A DNA stretch of 20,000 nt. Origin: an uncultured virus (IMG/VR IMGVR_UViG_3300034062_003972). Lineage: Duplodnaviria; Heunggongvirae; Uroviricota; Caudoviricetes. Location of the stretch: IMG/VR virus record IMGVR_UViG_3300034062_003972; one strand, written 5' to 3'. Shown in pieces: positions 16,443 to 20,000 of the stretch. Position 1 is the stretch's first letter, and each line of letters begins with the position of its first letter. The notes beneath the pieces were generated by a model. The model saw nothing but the letters and a program-made list of their open reading frames with translations, ran no database searches and was not told the DNA's origin. The translations under genes were made by a program, and so were the position numbers.

Positions 16443-17969
16443 CTAGAACACCATGAGTTCGGGTTCTTCGTCGGGGCCGCGGACCTCGCCGCTACACAGG
16501 CCGAGGGCCATGATGAGAGAGACGGCGGCGTCGATGCGGGCCGTGGATTTGGAGTGGCTTTTGGTGGGCTTGTAGTTCCCGGCGTCGTCCGTCCGCACCT
16601 GAAGGTTCGACATCTGTAACGCCAAGGCCGGGTTGCCGCCGTGCCGTAATTTCTGGCCTAAAACGAGAGTTTCGAGCAGTTTCGTGGGCGGGCTCATCGA
16701 GGCGTAGCCCTGCCCGAACGGCTTGACATCAATCCCTTCGGCGACCAGTTGCGTCGTCAGGTGGGTTGCGTTCCATCGGTCGATGGCAACAGCCCGAACC
16801 GCATTCTTCTCCGCAAAGGAGAGAATGTAGTTCCTGACAGCGTCGTAATCCGTCACATCGCCTTCTGTAATTGTAACCCATCCGTCCTTCGCCCATTGGC
16901 GATACGGTGCTTCGTCCCTGTCCGCGCCGGCCTCGGGGACGAAGAGGTGGGCGAAGACGTCGAACGTGCCGTCTGGGATGCCGTCCTCATCGACGCCGGG
17001 CCAGACGGCCGCGAACGCCGTCGTGTCCTGGGTGCTCGATAAGTCGACGCCGCAGTAGCAGGGGCGGCCGTCGGCCGGGTGGAGCGGGGCCGAGCAGGCT
17101 TCCCACTGGCCGGTCTTGAAGAAGCGGTTCGCGCCGTTCGACACCCACTGGTTCAGGTAGAGCGTGCGGAATTTGATCTCCTCGCTGACGCTCTCGCGGG
17201 CCAGCATGGCCTCGCGTTCCATGAACTCCTTGCGGACGGTGATGCCGTAGTTCGGATTCGCCTTCTTCCAAGTCGATTCCGCGAAGATGTCGTCGTCCTG
17301 GTCTGCTTGGAAGATGCACGGCAGGAAGGTGGGGTCGACGATCAGGCCGTCGCGAACCTTGATGGCCCGCTGCCACTCGTCATAGCAGGGGCCGACGCGG
17401 TCCATGCCGGCCGTGGTGACGTAGATGACGAGCGGCTCCAGCCTCATGCCCATACCGCTCTCTAAAACATCTACAAGATCGCGGTTTGGCTGGACGTGAA
17501 ATTCGTCCACGATGACCACTGACGGGTTAAAGCCGTGCTTGCCTTTGTGCTCGCTTGAAAGAAATTGGATGGTGGATTTCTTATGCGGGATGACGATCGA
17601 GTTCTTGTATATCTTCGAGCGGCGCAGCAAGCCTGGGCATGACTCGATGAACCTGGAGCACGCCGTAAAGAGCAGGCTCGCCTGCTTGCGGTCGCCGGCG
17701 GCGATGAGAATCTGGCCGCCCTCGTCGCCGAAGAAGCCCTCGTAGGCGCCGACGAGAGCGCAGGTCGCCGTTTTCCCAGCCTTCCGCGGCACCGCCAGGA
17801 GCGACCGCTGGTACTGCCGGCGGCCGTCGGGCCGCTTCGTGTTGAAGAGTTTGTCGAGGTACTCGTCCTGCCAGGGCTGGAGTTCAAACGGCTTGCCCGC
17901 GAACTCTCCCTCGCTGTGTTTCAGGAGCCGCGCAAACTCGCGGATGTCAACCCGTCGCTGCGTCGTCAA
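16443..17969 (-). CDS. terL: Terminase large subunit (508 aa, TTG start)
   Basis: Walker A 'VPRKAGKT', Walker B 'VIVDEFH', motif III 'TTAG', 'WKKANPN', nuclease 'GVDLSSTQD', 'RIDAAVS'. Confidence 0.97.
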   Translation of the reverse strand: MTTQRRVDIREFARLLKHSEGEFAGKPFELQPWQDEYLDKLFNTKRPDGRRQYQRSLLAVPRKAGKTATCALVGAYEGFFGDEGGQILIAAGDRKQASLLFTACSRFIESCPGLLRRSKIYKNSIVIPHKKSTIQFLSSEHKGKHGFNPSVVIVDEFHVQPNRDLVDVLESGMGMRLEPLVIYVTTAGMDRVGPCYDEWQRAIKVRDGLIVDPTFLPCIFQADQDDDIFAESTWKKANPNYGITVRKEFMEREAMLARESVSEEIKFRTLYLNQWVSNGANRFFKTGQWEACSAPLHPADGRPCYCGVDLSSTQDTTAFAAVWPGVDEDGIPDGTFDVFAHLFVPEAGADRDEAPYRQWAKDGWVTITEGDVTDYDAVRNYILSFAEKNAVRAVAIDRWNATHLTTQLVAEGIDVKPFGQGYASMSPPTKLLETLVLGQKLRHGGNPALALQMSNLQVRTDDAGNYKPTKSHSKSTARIDAAVSLIMALGLCSGEVRGPDEEPELMVF

Positions 17970-18435
17970 AGAGGGCGTCCACGGGGTCGGCGACGACCTT
18001 CACCGCGCCGTATCCCAGGCGGGTGCGATCGGCCGGGGTGAGCCCCAGCACCGTTTCCAGGTGCCGAAGTTGCTCGCCGCACTCCCTCGCCTGCGTCGCC
18101 ATCGCCGTAGCCCGCGAGAACCGGATGGCTCCATCCGGCGCGAGCACCTCGACGTAGGTGGCGTCGATCTCCTGTAACCGCTGGGCGGCGTATTCCCACT
18201 GACAGTAAACCACGCAGTACCGAGTGACGACGTGCTCGTCGGTTTCGGCGAGCGTCCCCATCTTGGTCAGCCACTCGACCAGGCGGCCGAAAATCTGCTT
18301 CCCGCGAGGCTTGAGCCACTCCGGCGGCTGCATGGTGCCGTCAGCCGGGGCATTGCCGAGTTCCTCGCGGCCCTTGGCGTGCTTCGAGCCAGCCAACTGG
18401 AGAATGTGCTTCGGTTTTGGAGGACGACCCTTCAT
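17947..18435 (-). CDS. terS: Terminase small subunit, P27 family (162 aa)
   Basis: Start reassigned to the ATG at 18435: 'MKGRPPKP', 'PPEWL', 'LGLTPADRTRL'; overlaps the terL start. Confidence 0.92.
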   Translation of the reverse strand: MKGRPPKPKHILQLAGSKHAKGREELGNAPADGTMQPPEWLKPRGKQIFGRLVEWLTKMGTLAETDEHVVTRYCVVYCQWEYAAQRLQEIDATYVEVLAPDGAIRFSRATAMATQARECGEQLRHLETVLGLTPADRTRLGYGAVKVVADPVDALFDDAATG

Positions 18436-18481
18436 GCCATCCAGCGTAGGGCAGCCTCGCCGCCGCCGCAAAGGAGTGCAG

Positions 18482-18514
18482 GGCGGCCGCGAAACCGCCG
18501 GCGGCCGCGAAACC
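18482..18514. repeat. 15-bp direct repeat GGCGGCCGCGAAACC x2
   Basis: Identical copies at 18482-18496 and 18500-18514, between terS and the candidate cos. Confidence 0.85.
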
Positions 18515-18590
18515 CGCAATTTTGTCCCGGCCTTCGCCCCTTGGGACGTGCGGTCTGTACGTTTGACGCGGCCCAGCATACCCCCCCCTA
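18515..18590 (-). other. Candidate cos/packaging initiation region
   Basis: Minus strand reads G8 run ...GACCGCACGTCCCAA... AAAATT about 80-150 bp upstream of a P27-type terS, an arrangement resembling HK97-like cos regions. The cut site cannot be determined from sequence alone. Confidence 0.45.
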
Positions 18591-18734
18591 GTGGGGCCGC
18601 CGAGCGCGGCCGCCGGCGCCGCCGCGGCGGCCGCGCGCCGCGGGAAAAGGAGCGCGCGGCGCGCCGGATTCTCAAATACTAAATGTCCATCGGGGGGACG
18701 ATTCAAGGTAGCGCGGCCGATTGCCGATATACGA

Positions 18735-18764
18735 TTGACACAAGCCGCGACCGCGGCTTATTCT
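18735..18764 (+). promoter_or_regulatory. Sigma70-type promoter TTGACA-N18-TATTCT, divergent from the structural operon
   Basis: Perfect -35 at 18735-18740 and a 4/6 -10 with the conserved T, A, T at 18759-18764, 57 bp before the ATG at 18822. Confidence 0.7.
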
Positions 18765-18821
18765 TCCCGTCGTGCGGCCGATTGTCGGTCGCGGTTCGGT
18801 TCGGCTTTCGGGGGTTTCACA

Positions 18822-19736
18822 ATGTCGATAGTTGCAAGGATTCCCGGCCTGGTTTCGCAGTATCTGGCCGGCGCTTTCGCGGTTCTCGGATCGTTCGGCA
18901 AGGGCGTGCCCGGTTCGGCCTCTATCAATTTCGGGCTTTCGGGGGGCGCGAACTGTGAGCGCTCGTGTCGGCATCATCCAGAGCACCCGAACGCGACCGA
19001 GAACCCCGCCGATATGTGTTATGCGGCGCTTCTGGAAAAGCGCCACGACCGCGCCCAACTTCGCGACAAACTGGCGCGCCACGAAAGCCTACCGGCGTCG
19101 ATAATTGCCATGCGCGCGGCGCATGAGTTGGAGCGTGAAGCGCTCTACGGGAAAGCGCCGCGGCCGTGGGTTCGGTTCTCAACGGACGGTAGCCTCCCGT
19201 CGAAACGGAAAGCGCTTCGGGACTCTCGTTTCGTGGGCGCTTTTCGGGCGCTCGTCTCATTCTGCGCCAGCCGGTCCGGCCGTGATCGAATTCACATTCC
19301 GGTGGAAAGCGCCGCGAAAGCAGAATTTTACCGTTCAATCGTGGGCGATATCGCGACGGTTCGCGAAAGCCTACAAACCGCGAACATGTGCCCGGAGACG
19401 ATTGCCGATCACAGAATCCCGGCCGGGCCGGTTTCATTCACGGCCGGCGAAACGGAGCCGGCCGGGCCGAACCGTAGGCTTCGGGTTCTCGCGGCCGCGG
19501 CCGCGGCCGCGGCCGCGTGGGCGCAGCGTACCGGGCGGAAAACGATTGTTTGTCCGGCGGTTCGCGTTTCGTTCCTATCGCGCTTGAAAGCCTACCAACG
19601 CGGCCGCTCGAAAGCCGATATCGCCGCGTGGCGCGCCGGCGCGAAGTGTGGTTCGTGCCGCGCTTGTGCGCTTGCCCATATCGACGTGGTCTATCCTGCC
19701 CACGGTGGCGCGGCGCTTCCGATTCTCCAATCGTGA
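18822..19736 (+). CDS. Cys-rich GP88-like protein (possible Fe-S / radical-SAM-like), 304 aa
   Basis: ATG at 18822 after a GGGGG RBS-like run. N-terminal C-x3-C-x16-CYA, central 'WVRFSTDGS', C-terminal 'VCPA...CGSCRAC...VVYPAHG'. Confidence 0.7.
   Translation: MSIVARIPGLVSQYLAGAFAVLGSFGKGVPGSASINFGLSGGANCERSCRHHPEHPNATENPADMCYAALLEKRHDRAQLRDKLARHESLPASIIAMRAAHELEREALYGKAPRPWVRFSTDGSLPSKRKALRDSRFVGAFRALVSFCASRSGRDRIHIPVESAAKAEFYRSIVGDIATVRESLQTANMCPETIADHRIPAGPVSFTAGETEPAGPNRRLRVLAAAAAAAAAWAQRTGRKTIVCPAVRVSFLSRLKAYQRGRSKADIAAWRAGAKCGSCRACALAHIDVVYPAHGGAALPILQS
19490..19517. repeat. (GCGGCC)4 microsatellite forming a perfect 28-bp palindrome and encoding Ala9
   Basis: CGCGGCCGCGGCCGCGGCCGCGGCCGCG is its own reverse complement. 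Confidence 0.9.
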
Positions 19737-19753
19737 AAGCCTACCGCCATCCA

Positions 19754-19799
19754 CAATCCGCGGCCGCGGGGTTTCAACGTAGCCCCGCGGCCGCGGTTG
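19754..19799. other. Strong GC hairpin after the GP88-like gene
   Basis: CCGCGGCCGCGGGG (19758-19771) pairs perfectly with CCCCGCGGCCGCGG (19783-19796); no U-tract follows on either strand. Confidence 0.75.
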
Positions 19800-19804
19800 C
19801 ATTG

Positions 19805-20000
19805 TCGAGCCGAGCGGCCCGCCTGGGGCGCCGATGGTGTCGCACCTCCCGAGGTGCCGGCCCGCCGTCCAGATCGAGCCGAGCGGCCCGCCTGGGGCGC
19901 CGATGGTGTCGCACCTCCCGAGGTGCCGGCCCGCCGTCCAGATCGAGCCGAGCGGCCCGCCTGGGGCGCCGATGGTGTCGCACCTCCCGAGGTGCCGGCC
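19805..20000. repeat. Perfect 69-bp tandem repeat, at least 2.8 copies, running off the window
   Basis: Unit TCGAGCCGAGCGGCCCGCCTGGGGCGCCGATGGTGTCGCACCTCCCGAGGTGCCGGCCCGCCGTCCAGA starts at 19805, 19874 and 19943. Confidence 0.95.

Noticed and set aside
1..18435. Gene transfer agent or degraded prophage remnant
   Set aside because: All genes appear intact, the TMP is long, and a P27-type terS with a cos-like region points to a genuine phage; no host genes, att site or integrase are visible to decide between prophage and free phage
18436..18821. N-terminal extensions of terS (to 18675) and of the GP88-like ORF (from 18591)
   Set aside because: They are low-complexity Arg/Ala translations of a GC-rich non-coding region; better starts exist at 18435 and 18822, and the extensions would overlap the promoter and cos candidate
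19754..19799. Rho-independent terminator
   Set aside because: The stem is strong but has no U-tract on either strand, so it is kept only as a hairpin
19774..19983. 69-aa repeat protein on the minus strand
   Set aside because: The frame is open only because the 69-bp GC-rich unit lacks stops; there is no RBS or other coding evidence
19805..20000. CRISPR array
   Set aside because: The units are identical along their whole length with no unique spacers, and no cas genes are present
1..20000. Host assignment to Planctomycetota
   Set aside because: The gene set and CsrA-type motifs are reminiscent of aquatic planctomycete phages from memory, but nothing in the window proves it; a homology or CRISPR-spacer search is needed

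Overview
This window holds a nearly complete head-and-tail morphogenesis operon of a high-GC, HK97/lambda-like long-tailed (siphovirus-type) phage or prophage, all on the minus strand. The order is terS, terL, portal, a multi-domain prohead protease, major capsid protein, a putative decoration protein, a GT-A glycosyltransferase, head-tail joining genes with an inserted paralogue pair, two short tail-tube-like paralogues, a tail assembly chaperone with a -1 frameshift, tape measure protein, and two further putative virion genes, the last of which runs off the window. Upstream of terS are a candidate cos/packaging region and a divergent sigma70-type promoter driving a Cys-rich GP88-like gene. 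That region is unusually rich in palindromes and in a repeated one-orientation 10-mer, and it ends in a perfect 69-bp tandem repeat. The most notable observations are CsrA/RsmA-type GGA hairpins at several late-gene ribosome binding sites, a glycosyltransferase inside the capsid module, a HiPIP-like 4-Cys domain fused to the protease, and the regulatory architecture of the terminal region. No integrase, lysis or replication genes were seen. All family assignments come from motif recognition and synteny, not database searches.
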